Shown piece by piece: positions 20,436 through 31,284 of a stretch of DNA of 64,000 nucleotides. How positions within the stretch are numbered: position 1 is the first letter of the stretch; the number at the start of each line of letters is the position of its first letter. The translations under genes and the position numbers were made by a program. Under the pieces are notes generated by a model, which saw only the letters and a program-made list of their open reading frames with translations, had not been told where the DNA came from and did no database searches. The stretch is from Gemmatales bacterium (GTDB taxonomy: Bacteria; Planctomycetota; Planctomycetia; Gemmatales; HRBIN36): the NCBI GenBank assembly GCA_041640595.1, contig JBEPZY010000005.1, positions 32,001 to 96,000 on the forward strand. The letters are read 5' to 3'.

Positions 20436-22877
20436 ATGCCACCGGATGTCCTGAGCCGCGACGCGATTTATGAGCGTTTCGTTGAGCAGCTGCCTTTCCC
20501 GTTGTATCCGATGCAGGAGGAAGCTCTGCTGGCCTGGTTTGCATCGGAGCAGGGGGTACTGGTCTGCGCTCCTACCGGTATGGGCAAGACGGTGATTGCT
20601 CATGCAGCATTATTTGAGGCCCTGCATACCGGAACGGTGGCCTACTATACGACGCCTCTCATTGCCCTGACCGAGCAGAAATTCGACGAATTGCGTGCGC
20701 TGGCAGAAAAGTGGGGCTTCTCGGCGGATGATGTTGGATTGGTGACCGGCAATCGGCGAGTCAATCCGCAGGCGCGAATTCTGGTCGTGGTGGCCGAAAT
20801 TCTGTTGAACCGACTGCTCCAACCACGCGGCTTCGATTTTTCGCAGGTTTCCGCCGTGGTTATGGATGAGTTTCACAGTTTTAACGATCCCGAGCGGGGC
20901 ATCGTCTGGGAGCTGACACTGGCTCTGTTACCGCGGCATGTACGCTTGCTGTTACTCTCCGCGACAGTGGGCAATGCCCGCGAGTTTCTGAACTGGCTGC
21001 ATCGCTGTCATGGTCGCCAGATCGAACTGGTGGAAAGCAATGAGCGGCGTGTGCCTTTGACTTACCAGTATGTGCCGGACCAGTTCCTCACTGACCATTT
21101 GCAATGGATGGCCCAGGGCTCGGTCGAAACGCGCAAAACACCGGCTTTGGTGTTTTGTTTCAATCGGGAGGAATGCTGGAGCGTCGCCGAGCAACTCAAG
21201 GGCCTGCCCTTGCTCGACGAAGAAACCCGTCGCCGCGTCAATGCTGAGGTGGATAAACTCGACTGGAGGCATGGAGTCGGCCCGAAACTCAAGCAGATGC
21301 TGCGGCGAGGAGTCGGCGTCCATCACGCCGGATTGTTGCCGAAATATCGCCGGGTCGTCGGGGATTTTTTCGAGCGCAAATTGCTGGCCGTCGTCGTTTG
21401 CACGGAAACGCTTTCGGCAGGTATCAATCTCCCGGCTCGCAGCGTCGTTCTGACCACGCTGGTCAAAGGGCCACCGGGCAAACAGAAGCTGATTGACGCC
21501 AGCACGGCTCATCAGATTTTCGGTCGGGCGGGCCGGCCACAGTTCGACAAGCAGGGATACGTCTTCGCTCTCGCTCACGAAGACGACGTCCGCATCCATC
21601 GCTGGCGGGAAAAATATGATGCCATCCCCGAAGACACCAAAGACCCGGTTCTGCTCAAACTCAAGAAGGAACTCAAACGCAAAAAGCCCACCCGCCGCGA
21701 AAATCAGGTGTACTGGAGCGAAGGAGACTTTCATCGTCTCCGCAATTCGCCGCCTGGCAAACTTTCGAGCAAGGGAACCCTTCCCTGGCGGCTTCTGGCC
21801 TACATGCTGCAGGTTTCGCCGGAGATCGGCCCCATTCGCCAGATGGTACGCAAACGCCTGCTGCCGGCCAATCAGCTAGCCGCTGCGGAACGTGACCTGC
21901 ACACCATGCTGCGGGTGCTTCATCAGGCCGGTTTTGTGCAACTCGAGCCGCCACCCGGAGATGATCTCAGCAACTGGTCTCCGGAACTGGCGCACCCCAC
22001 GGAGAAGCTCGCCACGCTGCTATTGTTTCGCAGCATTCATCCGCTTTACGGAGCGTATCTGCTGGACATGCTCGGTCTGGCCGACCGACGGGAACGGTTG
22101 CAGGCCCTGGAAAGCGTGCTGGAAATTCCCAGTTCGCTTCGCCACAAGGTGCGTGTTCCACCTCCGGAAAAACTTCCCCCCGGTCCGCTGGCTGTTTCCC
22201 GCCTGGACCCCGAACTGATCCGCCGCGGACTGATAGCCGCTCCTATCACGGAAACACCCGACGAAGAAGAGGAAGATGACGAACCGGTTGACTGGCAACC
22301 CCAGGAACGACCACCTGTTTTCGCCGATAAGCTCCGCCTCCTCTTCGAGGACCTTTATCCCGACGTGCGCGACTTGAAAGTGGTTCCCGTGTGGGCAGCC
22401 GGGGAATTGCTGGAAATGGGTGGCGATTTCCACAAATATATCGCCGCCCACGACCTCGCTAAACAGGAAGGGATCATTTTCCGCCACCTGCTTCGACTCA
22501 TCCTGCTTTGCGGGGAATTCGCCGACGCCCAACCCACCGAAGGCGATCCACAAGCCTGGCACGACGAAATGGTGGATATTGCGGCTCGCCTGACCGCCAC
22601 TTGCCGCGCCGTGGATCCCACCAGCACGGACCAACTCATCGAGGAAGCACAGGCTGCCGATGTGGTCGAAGGCGAAACCGCTCGCGAACATCCTCACGCT
22701 TTGGCCGAGGCCCTCGCCGCCGCCACACAAACTACGCGCATCATCTTCAGCCCCGATGACACTGCTTCCTTACTGGATCGCTCTCTGCGACCGTTCGGCG
22801 CCATTCCTGATGCCCCAGTTTCTGCTGCACAGCCCGCATCCTCGTCCCCCGACGGGTCCGAAAATCCCCTGCCTTGA
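20436..22877 (+). CDS. Ski2-like DEAD/DEAH-box helicase
   Basis: APTGMGKT, DEFH, SAT, HHAGLLP, TETLSAGIN, QIFGRAGR. Confidence 0.9.
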   Translation: MPPDVLSRDAIYERFVEQLPFPLYPMQEEALLAWFASEQGVLVCAPTGMGKTVIAHAALFEALHTGTVAYYTTPLIALTEQKFDELRALAEKWGFSADDVGLVTGNRRVNPQARILVVVAEILLNRLLQPRGFDFSQVSAVVMDEFHSFNDPERGIVWELTLALLPRHVRLLLLSATVGNAREFLNWLHRCHGRQIELVESNERRVPLTYQYVPDQFLTDHLQWMAQGSVETRKTPALVFCFNREECWSVAEQLKGLPLLDEETRRRVNAEVDKLDWRHGVGPKLKQMLRRGVGVHHAGLLPKYRRVVGDFFERKLLAVVVCTETLSAGINLPARSVVLTTLVKGPPGKQKLIDASTAHQIFGRAGRPQFDKQGYVFALAHEDDVRIHRWREKYDAIPEDTKDPVLLKLKKELKRKKPTRRENQVYWSEGDFHRLRNSPPGKLSSKGTLPWRLLAYMLQVSPEIGPIRQMVRKRLLPANQLAAAERDLHTMLRVLHQAGFVQLEPPPGDDLSNWSPELAHPTEKLATLLLFRSIHPLYGAYLLDMLGLADRRERLQALESVLEIPSSLRHKVRVPPPEKLPPGPLAVSRLDPELIRRGLIAAPITETPDEEEEDDEPVDWQPQERPPVFADKLRLLFEDLYPDVRDLKVVPVWAAGELLEMGGDFHKYIAAHDLAKQEGIIFRHLLRLILLCGEFADAQPTEGDPQAWHDEMVDIAARLTATCRAVDPTSTDQLIEEAQAADVVEGETAREHPHALAEALAAATQTTRIIFSPDDTASLLDRSLRPFGAIPDAPVSAAQPASSSPDGSENPLP

Positions 22878-22880
22878 ACC

Positions 22881-23252
22881 TCACTTGTTATAGACCAGCT
22901 TCGGGTCAAACACTTTGCTGGCTGCTATAAGCCACTGGCCGTTTTCGTAGCGGCGGTAGAAACAACTGCGGTAACCTTCATGGCAAGCCGCCCCTCCTAC
23001 CTGCCGCACTTTCAAAAGGATCGTGTCGCCGTCGCAATCCAGATGAGCGCTGACCACTTCCTGCCAGTGCCCGCTTTCCTCGCCTTTCCGCCACAGTTTC
23101 TGTCGGCTGCGACTATAATAACAGGCACGTCCGGTACGGATAGTTTCCTCCCAGGCTTCCCGATTCATCCACGCCAGCATCAGCACCTCACCGGTATCGG
23201 CATCCTGAGCAATAGCGGGCACCAAACCACCCATCTTATCAAAGTCAATCAT
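22881..23252 (-). CDS. hisI: Phosphoribosyl-AMP cyclohydrolase
   Basis: [39 protein letters not shown]. Confidence 0.96.
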   Translation of the reverse strand: MIDFDKMGGLVPAIAQDADTGEVLMLAWMNREAWEETIRTGRACYYSRSRQKLWRKGEESGHWQEVVSAHLDCDGDTILLKVRQVGGAACHEGYRSCFYRRYENGQWLIAASKVFDPKLVYNK

Positions 23253-23315
23253 GGCTACCCCCTATATTCTTCCGACTGGGCTGAGCCACTCTGGCAGCGT
23301 CCCTCTTTGCCGAGC

Positions 23316-26300
23316 CTATTTCTTTTCGGATGCAGCTTTCCCTGGCTCGCTTTTCAGGGTTTGCAAAAATTCTACTAAGTCCACTAAGTCCTGTTCGCTC
23401 ATATATTGTATCAGGTCGCTAGGCATGAGCGACCTGGGACTTTTGGCACGCTCGCTAATATCGGCCTTTTGGATTTTCCAATCCTTGCCGTTAGCATCGC
23501 GAAGCACCAGATGTTCGCCAGCTTCCTCAATCAAGATACCCTGCACGATCAGCCCTTGTTTGGTTTCGACGACCCATTGGACGAATTGATCAGCGATGGC
23601 TTTATCCGGATAAAGGATGGATTCAAACAGATTTTCCCGACTGGCTTTCGAGCCGATGGCACTGAGATCCGGGCCGATCTTTCCTCCCTGTCCATGCACG
23701 GTATGACACCGCGCACAGCCCAGGTCTTTATTTTCGAAAAACAGGCGTTGGCCATGTTGTCTATCTCCCCGCCTGAGTACGAGCTGACCGATTTCCGGAA
23801 GCTGACGGGGATTTAGTTTTGTAGCAGGAAAAGCAACGAGTGCCTTGTTACGCAAGTCCTGGAACGGGCTTTGCCGCAGCAGTCGCGCTGCCTCTGCTTG
23901 TAAAGGTTTATCCAGGTCTTGATAATGCTCAAATAACCATAAGGAACCAGGACGGGAAGATGCCAGGGCAGCTAAAATGTCCTGACGGGAACTTAGCGAT
24001 AGGTCAGGTCGCTTGAGCAGGTCGCCGAGGGCCTTGATGGCTTGCGGTGTCGCTTGCCGGCTTAGTGCGGAGATTACTTCGTTTCGCAGCGACGTTTCTC
24101 CGAGCAACGTCAACAGGGCTTCAGTTGGCCGCGAGCCGCGAATCGAACCGAGTGCCAGCACGCATTTCCGGCGCAACGCTAATGGCTGATCCGCTTGCTT
24201 GGCTAGCTCGGTCAGCGTTTCCACCCAGGCCTCCGACTCCGTTGCGGATACTAAGTCCACGGCATCGAGTTGATATTTAGGATTTTTTAGCCAGTGGCGA
24301 ATCAGGTTTTCGCAAGTTTTCGACTTGCCGAGGGCAGCCCATTTGCCAGGTAAATAACGTTTCAGCCATTCGAGAGCACGTTGTCGCAGTTCAGGTGGTA
24401 AGTCCTGGCTTAGAACGCGCAGCAGGACTTCGCCACCTGAGGTTCCTTCGCTGGCAGCAAGGATATCGAGCATGCGCTGGCGCTCGGGCAGAGAGAATCG
24501 CGGGTCTAAGATTTTGGTATCTAATTGCTGGATAATTTCCGGGGGACGCCATTCCCATACTAAGTCGAGGACCTTCTCGTCCCACTGCGGAAATCGCTGT
24601 TGAAAACCCGCTAATAATTTCGTTCGTCGCTCGCTTGGCTGGTGACCTACGGCAATACCGAGAGCCACAAGGTAAAAATGATCGTTGCCCGGATACAACT
24701 TCGCCAGTTGATCAATCCACGGTTGAGCGAATTCGGGTTCCTCGTCGCGAAGAGCAATTGCTAATTCGCGTAGTATGGGTAAGGGGGTGCCGGGTCTTAG
24801 GAATGAGCGTAACCAATTCTGCACCACCTGCGGTGCCTGCTGCAGGTGAAGCGAGCGGTCTTTAGCGATGCGAACTAACATCATGTGCCAGCGTACATCG
24901 GAGCTTTTGTTAGTTAGTAACGGCCACCATTGGTCCCAATCCGGTTGCTGTGCAAGGCACCAGGCTAGTCGAGCGCAGGTTGCCAGATCGGTTTCGCCTT
25001 GAAGAGCGCTGCTGACCAGAGCAGCCTGTCGGTGTGTGGGAAGTTGACGCAACGCCTGCCAGCTGCCGTAGCGAGTGCTTAGATTGGGGGACTTAAGCCC
25101 GGCAATAATTCCTTCTTCGCTCGACCAGTCAGGCGGCTTAATGCGATAACCAGCGTGACCTGCCGGTGTTAATCTATAGATGCGTCCTCGTGTAATGTCG
25201 CCCATGCCGTGTCCGCCCACGCCGGGATCATACCAATCGCTTACCATGACCGAACCGTCAGGAGCAACGCAAATATCGGATGGCCGGAACCAGTTATCCT
25301 GGGAATTAACAATATCCTCGCGGTCGATGGCGAAGCCGGAACCATCGAACCGAACGTAATAAATGCGCACCTGCCGTGGCCCGGCATCGGTGTGAAGCAG
25401 ACGGCCATAATAATCTTTAGGCTGACGGCCACCAGTCCACGGAATCAAGGTGCCTTCATACCAGGCCATGCCTGTCGGTGAGCCAAACCAGGTGCGCAAT
25501 ACCTTATGTACGACTCCGGGTTGCTCTTCGTGCCAATGCGACTCTCCCCGACCGCGGGGCCAGTAGCCGTAGTTGCCACCGAACATAACATGGCAAATCC
25601 GTGTCTGCTGGTTACCATCATCGTCATTATCGGAAACGAAGAGCGTGCCGAAACTATCTATCGCCGGTTCGTAATGATTGCGGAAATTATCTGCTAACAT
25701 CTCGACATTAGTGCCATCCGGGTCGCATCGCCAAACCGTACCGGCCCGACAGTCTAAATTATTAGTTTTCCACACTTTGCCCCAGCGGTCACGGATACCA
25801 TCTATACCGGTATCGCCGCATGTGAAATATAGTTTGCCGTCCGGGCCGAAATGAATACCATGCACGCCGTGATCGTGATCGTAACCGCGAAAGCCACTGA
25901 GCAACACCTTCGGAGGTCCGTCCGCACGCAAATCGTCGTCAGCGTCCTCGAAAACATAGATATGGGGAGAGTGACATACATAAACTCGTTGTCCCTTGCC
26001 GTTCGGATTCGGAGCGATAGCAATACCCAGGGGAGCTATAAAGTCGGGCGACTGATAAAATGTTGTCGCCCGGTCTGCTTTGCCATCGCCATCCACGTCT
26101 TCGAGAACGAGAATGCGATCGCCTTCGGGACGATTAAGCGGACGGTTGCGTAATCGGCAGCGATAGTTCACGGATTCACACACCCAGACTCGGCCACGGT
26201 GATCAATGTCTATACACGTTGGATTAACCAGGAGAGGTTCGCTGGCAAAGAGTTGCCATTGCAGGTTTGCTGCAACCTGAAACGTAGCAAGGGCATCGCT

Positions 26301-26375
26301 GGCAGGCTTCTGGGCCAATGCCAAGCTGAGAATCCATGCCAGTCCGCCTATGCAAAAGCTCAATCGTCGGCTCAT
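23316..26375 (-). CDS. PVC-type membrane-bound dehydrogenase-domain / heme-binding protein
   Basis: Signal peptide, FASEP beta-propeller start, DWYD, HEAT-like middle region, C-terminal CARCH...GPDLS...SLMP. Confidence 0.88.
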   Translation of the reverse strand: MSRRLSFCIGGLAWILSLALAQKPASDALATFQVAANLQWQLFASEPLLVNPTCIDIDHRGRVWVCESVNYRCRLRNRPLNRPEGDRILVLEDVDGDGKADRATTFYQSPDFIAPLGIAIAPNPNGKGQRVYVCHSPHIYVFEDADDDLRADGPPKVLLSGFRGYDHDHGVHGIHFGPDGKLYFTCGDTGIDGIRDRWGKVWKTNNLDCRAGTVWRCDPDGTNVEMLADNFRNHYEPAIDSFGTLFVSDNDDDGNQQTRICHVMFGGNYGYWPRGRGESHWHEEQPGVVHKVLRTWFGSPTGMAWYEGTLIPWTGGRQPKDYYGRLLHTDAGPRQVRIYYVRFDGSGFAIDREDIVNSQDNWFRPSDICVAPDGSVMVSDWYDPGVGGHGMGDITRGRIYRLTPAGHAGYRIKPPDWSSEEGIIAGLKSPNLSTRYGSWQALRQLPTHRQAALVSSALQGETDLATCARLAWCLAQQPDWDQWWPLLTNKSSDVRWHMMLVRIAKDRSLHLQQAPQVVQNWLRSFLRPGTPLPILRELAIALRDEEPEFAQPWIDQLAKLYPGNDHFYLVALGIAVGHQPSERRTKLLAGFQQRFPQWDEKVLDLVWEWRPPEIIQQLDTKILDPRFSLPERQRMLDILAASEGTSGGEVLLRVLSQDLPPELRQRALEWLKRYLPGKWAALGKSKTCENLIRHWLKNPKYQLDAVDLVSATESEAWVETLTELAKQADQPLALRRKCVLALGSIRGSRPTEALLTLLGETSLRNEVISALSRQATPQAIKALGDLLKRPDLSLSSRQDILAALASSRPGSLWLFEHYQDLDKPLQAEAARLLRQSPFQDLRNKALVAFPATKLNPRQLPEIGQLVLRRGDRQHGQRLFFENKDLGCARCHTVHGQGGKIGPDLSAIGSKASRENLFESILYPDKAIADQFVQWVVETKQGLIVQGILIEEAGEHLVLRDANGKDWKIQKADISERAKSPRSLMPSDLIQYMSEQDLVDLVEFLQTLKSEPGKAASEKK

Positions 26376-26376
26376 A

Positions 26377-27393
26377 TCAGTTGCCTCCGTTGTTAGTGGC
26401 GTTTTGCGAGCTTGAATGGGTATTACGAATCGCCTGGAGCAGGGCCAAACTTGCAAGTCCATAGAAGGTATATTCCACATCTGGTGCTGTATGCTTAGCA
26501 TCGGCCAGGAAGGATATTCGTCCCGGCACTTCCCAGGGCCCGGCCCAGAATCCGCCTTCGGGAGATTGCAAGCAGCAGACATGGGCGGTCAGCTTATCCG
26601 CCGCGATAAAGGTTGTGTCGCCTAATGCGTAAGCCGTCCACAGTCCCGTAAAAGTAGAAAGTAAGTCCGGTATGGTTATGCGAGCATGAGCGGTAAAACC
26701 AGTGTGCGGAACATAGACGCTCCGCAGGAATTGTAATATGCGCTCTGCCACTGATGGCGGTACTGAGCCCGTCATTTGCCAGATAGCTGCCGCAGCAGCA
26801 GTGGGATTAGTGCCACTACTGGGTACGGTTGCGGTGTCGGCATAGCCACCATCAGCCAGTTGCCTCTCGCTCAGCCAGGTGGTGCATGAGGTTAAGTCCG
26901 GGAACGATAGGTCTAACAATTCGCAACACAACAGGCCCAGAAATGTCTGGTAAATCGTCGTGCTATGGGAGCCGCGTCGCGCTGCGAAACCGCCGTCGGA
27001 GGTGCGAAATTCGGATAAGCAGGAACTGGCCCGGCTGCGAAAGTCCTCCCATTTGCCGATCGGTTCGCGCGATCTCAGGTAGTTAGCGATGGCCCTGGAT
27101 TGGATCAGAGAGTAGAAGCTAACCATAGTGGGGAACTGGGAGGGGTCTAATGTATCTAACCAGTGATAGGTGGGACTTAGTAACGAGGGATCGAGGATGT
27201 TAGCAAGAGCCAGGGTGCGCAGGGCGAAGGCTGTGTAATATATGTCCGGCTCACCCTGGCGATTGGGGAATCCGCCATCGTGGCATTGCTGGCGGAGCAC
27301 GTATTCACCGATTTGCCGCACCAGTTCGGCTGGCAGCGACCGCAGGCCAGTCCGCAAGGTTTGTTCGAGACGGTCTAAATATCGGATTTTCAT
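26377..27393 (-). CDS. Prenyltransferase/squalene-oxidase repeat protein
   Basis: Repeated Q..DGG(F/Y) motifs; DIYYTAFAL; DVEYTFYGL. Confidence 0.8.
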   Translation of the reverse strand: MKIRYLDRLEQTLRTGLRSLPAELVRQIGEYVLRQQCHDGGFPNRQGEPDIYYTAFALRTLALANILDPSLLSPTYHWLDTLDPSQFPTMVSFYSLIQSRAIANYLRSREPIGKWEDFRSRASSCLSEFRTSDGGFAARRGSHSTTIYQTFLGLLCCELLDLSFPDLTSCTTWLSERQLADGGYADTATVPSSGTNPTAAAAAIWQMTGSVPPSVAERILQFLRSVYVPHTGFTAHARITIPDLLSTFTGLWTAYALGDTTFIAADKLTAHVCCLQSPEGGFWAGPWEVPGRISFLADAKHTAPDVEYTFYGLASLALLQAIRNTHSSSQNATNNGGN

Positions 27394-27448
27394 AGAGGAA
27401 CGGGTACACGAATACTTAGGGGGTAAGTCTGGCACTTACGGTTCGGTT

Positions 27449-28024
27449 CTAAGTCGCGGTGGCCCGACCGGTGAGACCTAATTCTTCGGCATGGGGTTTC
27501 AGAGCATCAATGACGAACTGAATGTGTTCGGCCAGGTCCACACCGAAATCGGCAGCGCCGCGGTAAATATCTTCGCGATTGACTTTGGCAGCGAAGCCTT
27601 TTTGTTTGAGTTTTTTCAGGACACTGTCCGCGGTGAGACTCAGGATGCCATCCGGTCGCACCAGAGCGCAGGCGGTAATGAAGCCGCAGAGTTCGTCGCA
27701 GGCGTAAAGAGCTTTCTCGACAGGACGGATGCGGGGACAGTCAGGGAGATAGTCCGCGTGGGACTTAATCGCATAAATAACTTCTTCCGGCCAACCCCGC
27801 TCCTGGAGGATTTGTGCGCCTCGCAAGGGGTGATCGGGCGGGTTAGGCCAGCGTTCGTAATCGAAATCGTGTAACAAACCGATAATGCCCCAGAGGTCTT
27901 CATTTTCTCCGAGCTTGCGAGCATAAGCCCGCATGGCATATTCAACGGCGAGCATATGCCGGACTAAGTTTATGTTCGTAGTAAATTCCTGTACCAGTTG
28001 CCAGGCCTCTTCGCGGGATTTCAT
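27449..28024 (-). CDS. HD-domain (HDIG) metal-dependent hydrolase
   Basis: RHMLAVE...LLHDFDYE...H...SH...ACDEL. Confidence 0.9.
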   Translation of the reverse strand: MKSREEAWQLVQEFTTNINLVRHMLAVEYAMRAYARKLGENEDLWGIIGLLHDFDYERWPNPPDHPLRGAQILQERGWPEEVIYAIKSHADYLPDCPRIRPVEKALYACDELCGFITACALVRPDGILSLTADSVLKKLKQKGFAAKVNREDIYRGAADFGVDLAEHIQFVIDALKPHAEELGLTGRATAT

Positions 28025-28035
28025 ATTAGTCCCCT

Positions 28036-29889
28036 CTAGCGGGATTTGACATACTTATCGAGAAAAGCAACCATCTTCGGATAAGCATCTAAGCGGTTTT
28101 TGAGCTTGGCCAGACCGTGCCCTTCGTCCTCATAGCGCAGGTACTCGACAGGAATATTCCGCTGCCGCAGGGCGTGCACGATCTGCTCGGCCTCGCCGAT
28201 TGGTACACGGGGATCGTTGGCACCGTGGATAATCATCATCGGGCAACGAATCTTATCCACATGCCGAATGGGACTAATCTCTTCCAGAAAGGCACGGTGT
28301 TCACGGAGGTTACCGTATTCTTTTTCCCGATGGGCCCGGCGATAAGCACCAGTACGCTCCAGGAAGGTAATAAAGTTAGCGATGCCGACGACGCTGATGC
28401 CGGCGGCGAATAAGTCCGGATATTGAGTCACGGCCGACAGCACCATAAATCCGCCATAACTGCCACCGTAAACCGCGATTCGTTTGGGGTCGGCTTTTTT
28501 CTGATCGCGGAGCCAGTAAACACCCCAGATTAGATCCTTGACAGAATCCATGCGGCGAGTGGTATTGTCTAAGTTCATATAGTGCATACCGTAGCCGCTC
28601 GAACCACGAACATTAGGAGCGAAAATAGCATAGCCAGCCTGGAGGAAATACTGGAATATAGCACTAAATTCAGGGCGGGTTTGACTCTCCGGGCCACCGT
28701 GAGGATAAACAATCACGGGAGGCAAGCGACCGGATTCAGGCGCACGCGCGGGATAAAACCAGGCCGGGATCATCAGGCCGTCGAAGCTGGGATAGCGAAC
28801 CAGTTGTGGCTCCACGAACGTGCTGAAAGGAATACCAGCGCGGCTGCTATAAGTTAACTGGCGAAGCTGGCGTGTGGTTAGGTCGTAAAGCCAGATATCG
28901 GGATTGTGTCGCGGTCCGCTGAGCACAAACGCCAGTTTTGCGCCGTCCGGACTGAATTCTAGCTGGGAAATCACCCCTGTAGGTACGTCAGGACTAAAAG
29001 ATTTAGTCAGGTTATCCTGGGAGGCCAGGAACAATCGAGATTGGCCGTCGTGATTTTCCAGCCAGGCAATCCCGGGACCGATGCGAGGCAATTCGAGACT
29101 TTCGACTTCGTGTTTAGAAGTGTGTACATAATCAAGCCGGCCAGTTGCCAGTTCGATGCGAGCCAAAGCGAGTAAGTCGCGGCCACCGTGGGTGCTGACG
29201 CAATAAACATATTTGCCGTCGGGACTAAACCGCGGCGACTCATATTGGGCATCGCCCTGGTGCGGTGTCAGGTGTCGTACCTTGCCGGAATTCCATTCCA
29301 GCAAATAAAGGTCTTGATTATAATTCGACTCCGGACGGACAACTAAGAGATACTTACCGTCGGGAGAAAAGCCGGCGGGAACATAATAACCGCCTGGCCC
29401 TTCGTGAACGAGCCGGGCTTCGCCTTCATTTTGCAAAGATTGGACATAAATATCGAAGCGATCCGGTTTGGTGCGGTTGGCGGCAAAGGCGAAGTACTTG
29501 CCATCACGACTAAATCCGCCGAACAGATGAATCGCCTCGGGATGGCGGGTCACGTCCTGATAGTCCCAGCCGTCGGTAAAGCCATGTTCTGCGGCCACGC
29601 CGACAGGATACAGGCGATAAAGCTGAGTGCGCTCATTTCCTCCCGTATCCTGACTGAAGAGCAATTCGTGGCGGACAGGATTATGCCAGACGCCGCGGAC
29701 AGCCTCTTGCGTAAAGGTAAGGCGGACGGGCCAGCCGCCCTGAAGGGCAACCTGCCAGACCTGCGGGACACCGCTAATGTTAGTCAGAAAAGCTACGTAT
29801 CGGCCATCGGGCGAAAAACTCGGCGTGGTGGCGACCTGGATGTTGAGGAAGCGTTCGATAGTGTACATCGGATAGCTCGCAGCCGGCAT
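28036..29889 (-). CDS. S9 family peptidase (beta-propeller plus alpha/beta hydrolase)
   Basis: FSPDG repeats, HGGP, GGSYGG nucleophile, GANDPRV, DEGHG. Confidence 0.93.
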   Translation of the reverse strand: MPAASYPMYTIERFLNIQVATTPSFSPDGRYVAFLTNISGVPQVWQVALQGGWPVRLTFTQEAVRGVWHNPVRHELLFSQDTGGNERTQLYRLYPVGVAAEHGFTDGWDYQDVTRHPEAIHLFGGFSRDGKYFAFAANRTKPDRFDIYVQSLQNEGEARLVHEGPGGYYVPAGFSPDGKYLLVVRPESNYNQDLYLLEWNSGKVRHLTPHQGDAQYESPRFSPDGKYVYCVSTHGGRDLLALARIELATGRLDYVHTSKHEVESLELPRIGPGIAWLENHDGQSRLFLASQDNLTKSFSPDVPTGVISQLEFSPDGAKLAFVLSGPRHNPDIWLYDLTTRQLRQLTYSSRAGIPFSTFVEPQLVRYPSFDGLMIPAWFYPARAPESGRLPPVIVYPHGGPESQTRPEFSAIFQYFLQAGYAIFAPNVRGSSGYGMHYMNLDNTTRRMDSVKDLIWGVYWLRDQKKADPKRIAVYGGSYGGFMVLSAVTQYPDLFAAGISVVGIANFITFLERTGAYRRAHREKEYGNLREHRAFLEEISPIRHVDKIRCPMMIIHGANDPRVPIGEAEQIVHALRQRNIPVEYLRYEDEGHGLAKLKNRLDAYPKMVAFLDKYVKSR

Positions 29890-29937
29890 AGTTGGCGAAC
29901 TCCGTTTTAGTGTCAGGCGCTCGAATTAGATGGTTAT

Positions 29938-31203
29938 CTAAGTTTCACGGATAAAGTAAGAGCGGAGGATGCGGAATAGCGTCAGGGCGGTGATCATAGT
30001 AAGTCCGGAGGCTGTCAGGAGCCAGAAAGCCGAACGTGGTTCGCCTGTATAGTGCCAGAGCAAACCGACTACGGGAGCGCCGAGGGCACCGACGCCGAAA
30101 GTCAGGGCGAATTTCATTCCGTAAGATAGACCTCGGCGTTGTGCAGAGGTACCTTCGGCTAACAAACTGTTCTCCACCGGTTGCTGAGCGAACAGACAAA
30201 TGGCCAGCAGAATAGCGATAGGCAAACCGAGTTCAGGTTGCGGAATAAGTGCCAGCGAGGCAGCCAGAGCGGACATCAAGAGGATAGCGGCGGTATAGAC
30301 CGGCATCGCACCGCGGTGCTGAGCAAGGGTGCCGCTCAAGTATTGTCCGAGCGTGCCGGCAAGCAGAGCCAGGAAACTATAGAGTCCGCCTTTCGCCAGC
30401 GCCTGCGCAGCGCTGGCATCACCGGTCAGATACAGGGGCAGGGCGGTTACCAGAGTGCGGTAATTGAGGCCGCCCAGCATCATGGCCAGATAAAGCGGCG
30501 CCAGAATCAGCCAGACCGCGGTTTGCGAATTGGGGTCGGGCGAGGAACGAAGGGGAGAAGCGGTGGGCGAATCCTCCGGTTGCCAGCGCAGATGGAGCAT
30601 GAAACAACCGGCGAGGAAACTGATAGCTGCCAGTGTCCAGAAAGCGCCTTGCCAGTAGCCGCCAGCGGCCCAGAGACCGCCCAGGAGTGGCCCACAGGCC
30701 ACGCCAATGCTTCCGGCGACACCGTTGACGCCCATGGCCCATTCGCGGCGACGGATGCCCACGGATATCAGGGCAATGCCTGCGGGATGGTAGATGCTCA
30801 GAACCAGGCCCAGCACAGTCAGACCGAGAAAAAGAGAGATTTCGTCGTAAGCCAGGGCGACCAGGCCCGCTGCGATAGCCAGGCCGAAGTAATACCAGCG
30901 TAACAGCCGGTCAGCCCCCCAGCGATCCACAGCCAAACCAGTGGGAATCGCTCCCAGCCCCAGCAGAACGTAGCCCAGGTAAGGCAAGGAAGTAAGCACT
31001 CGCTGATCGAGCAGGAATTGCTGTTGGATGGCGAGCAGGGCTCCCGTGATGGCAAGCTCGCCGGCGTGGCACAGGGCGTGTCCCAGACTGCTGAGGGCAA
31101 CGATTCGCCATTCCCCCGCCGATTCGCTCCGGCTGGGGGCGACTACAGGGGGCAGCGGTTCGATTTGTGCTGACGCAGTTTGTGCCGAGGCATCCTGGAG
31201 CAT
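29938..31203 (-). CDS. MFS transporter
   Basis: About 12 hydrophobic helices; GLAVDRWG loop; SIYHP motif. Start uncertain. Confidence 0.85.
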   Translation of the reverse strand: MLQDASAQTASAQIEPLPPVVAPSRSESAGEWRIVALSSLGHALCHAGELAITGALLAIQQQFLLDQRVLTSLPYLGYVLLGLGAIPTGLAVDRWGADRLLRWYYFGLAIAAGLVALAYDEISLFLGLTVLGLVLSIYHPAGIALISVGIRRREWAMGVNGVAGSIGVACGPLLGGLWAAGGYWQGAFWTLAAISFLAGCFMLHLRWQPEDSPTASPLRSSPDPNSQTAVWLILAPLYLAMMLGGLNYRTLVTALPLYLTGDASAAQALAKGGLYSFLALLAGTLGQYLSGTLAQHRGAMPVYTAAILLMSALAASLALIPQPELGLPIAILLAICLFAQQPVENSLLAEGTSAQRRGLSYGMKFALTFGVGALGAPVVGLLWHYTGEPRSAFWLLTASGLTMITALTLFRILRSYFIRET

Positions 31204-31284
31204 GGAGGGATTCCTTAAATCGAGGGAGAGCGCAAAAAGCGTACTTCCGGAGAAAGGTAGGAATCGGCGGGTGGTTTGCAAAGG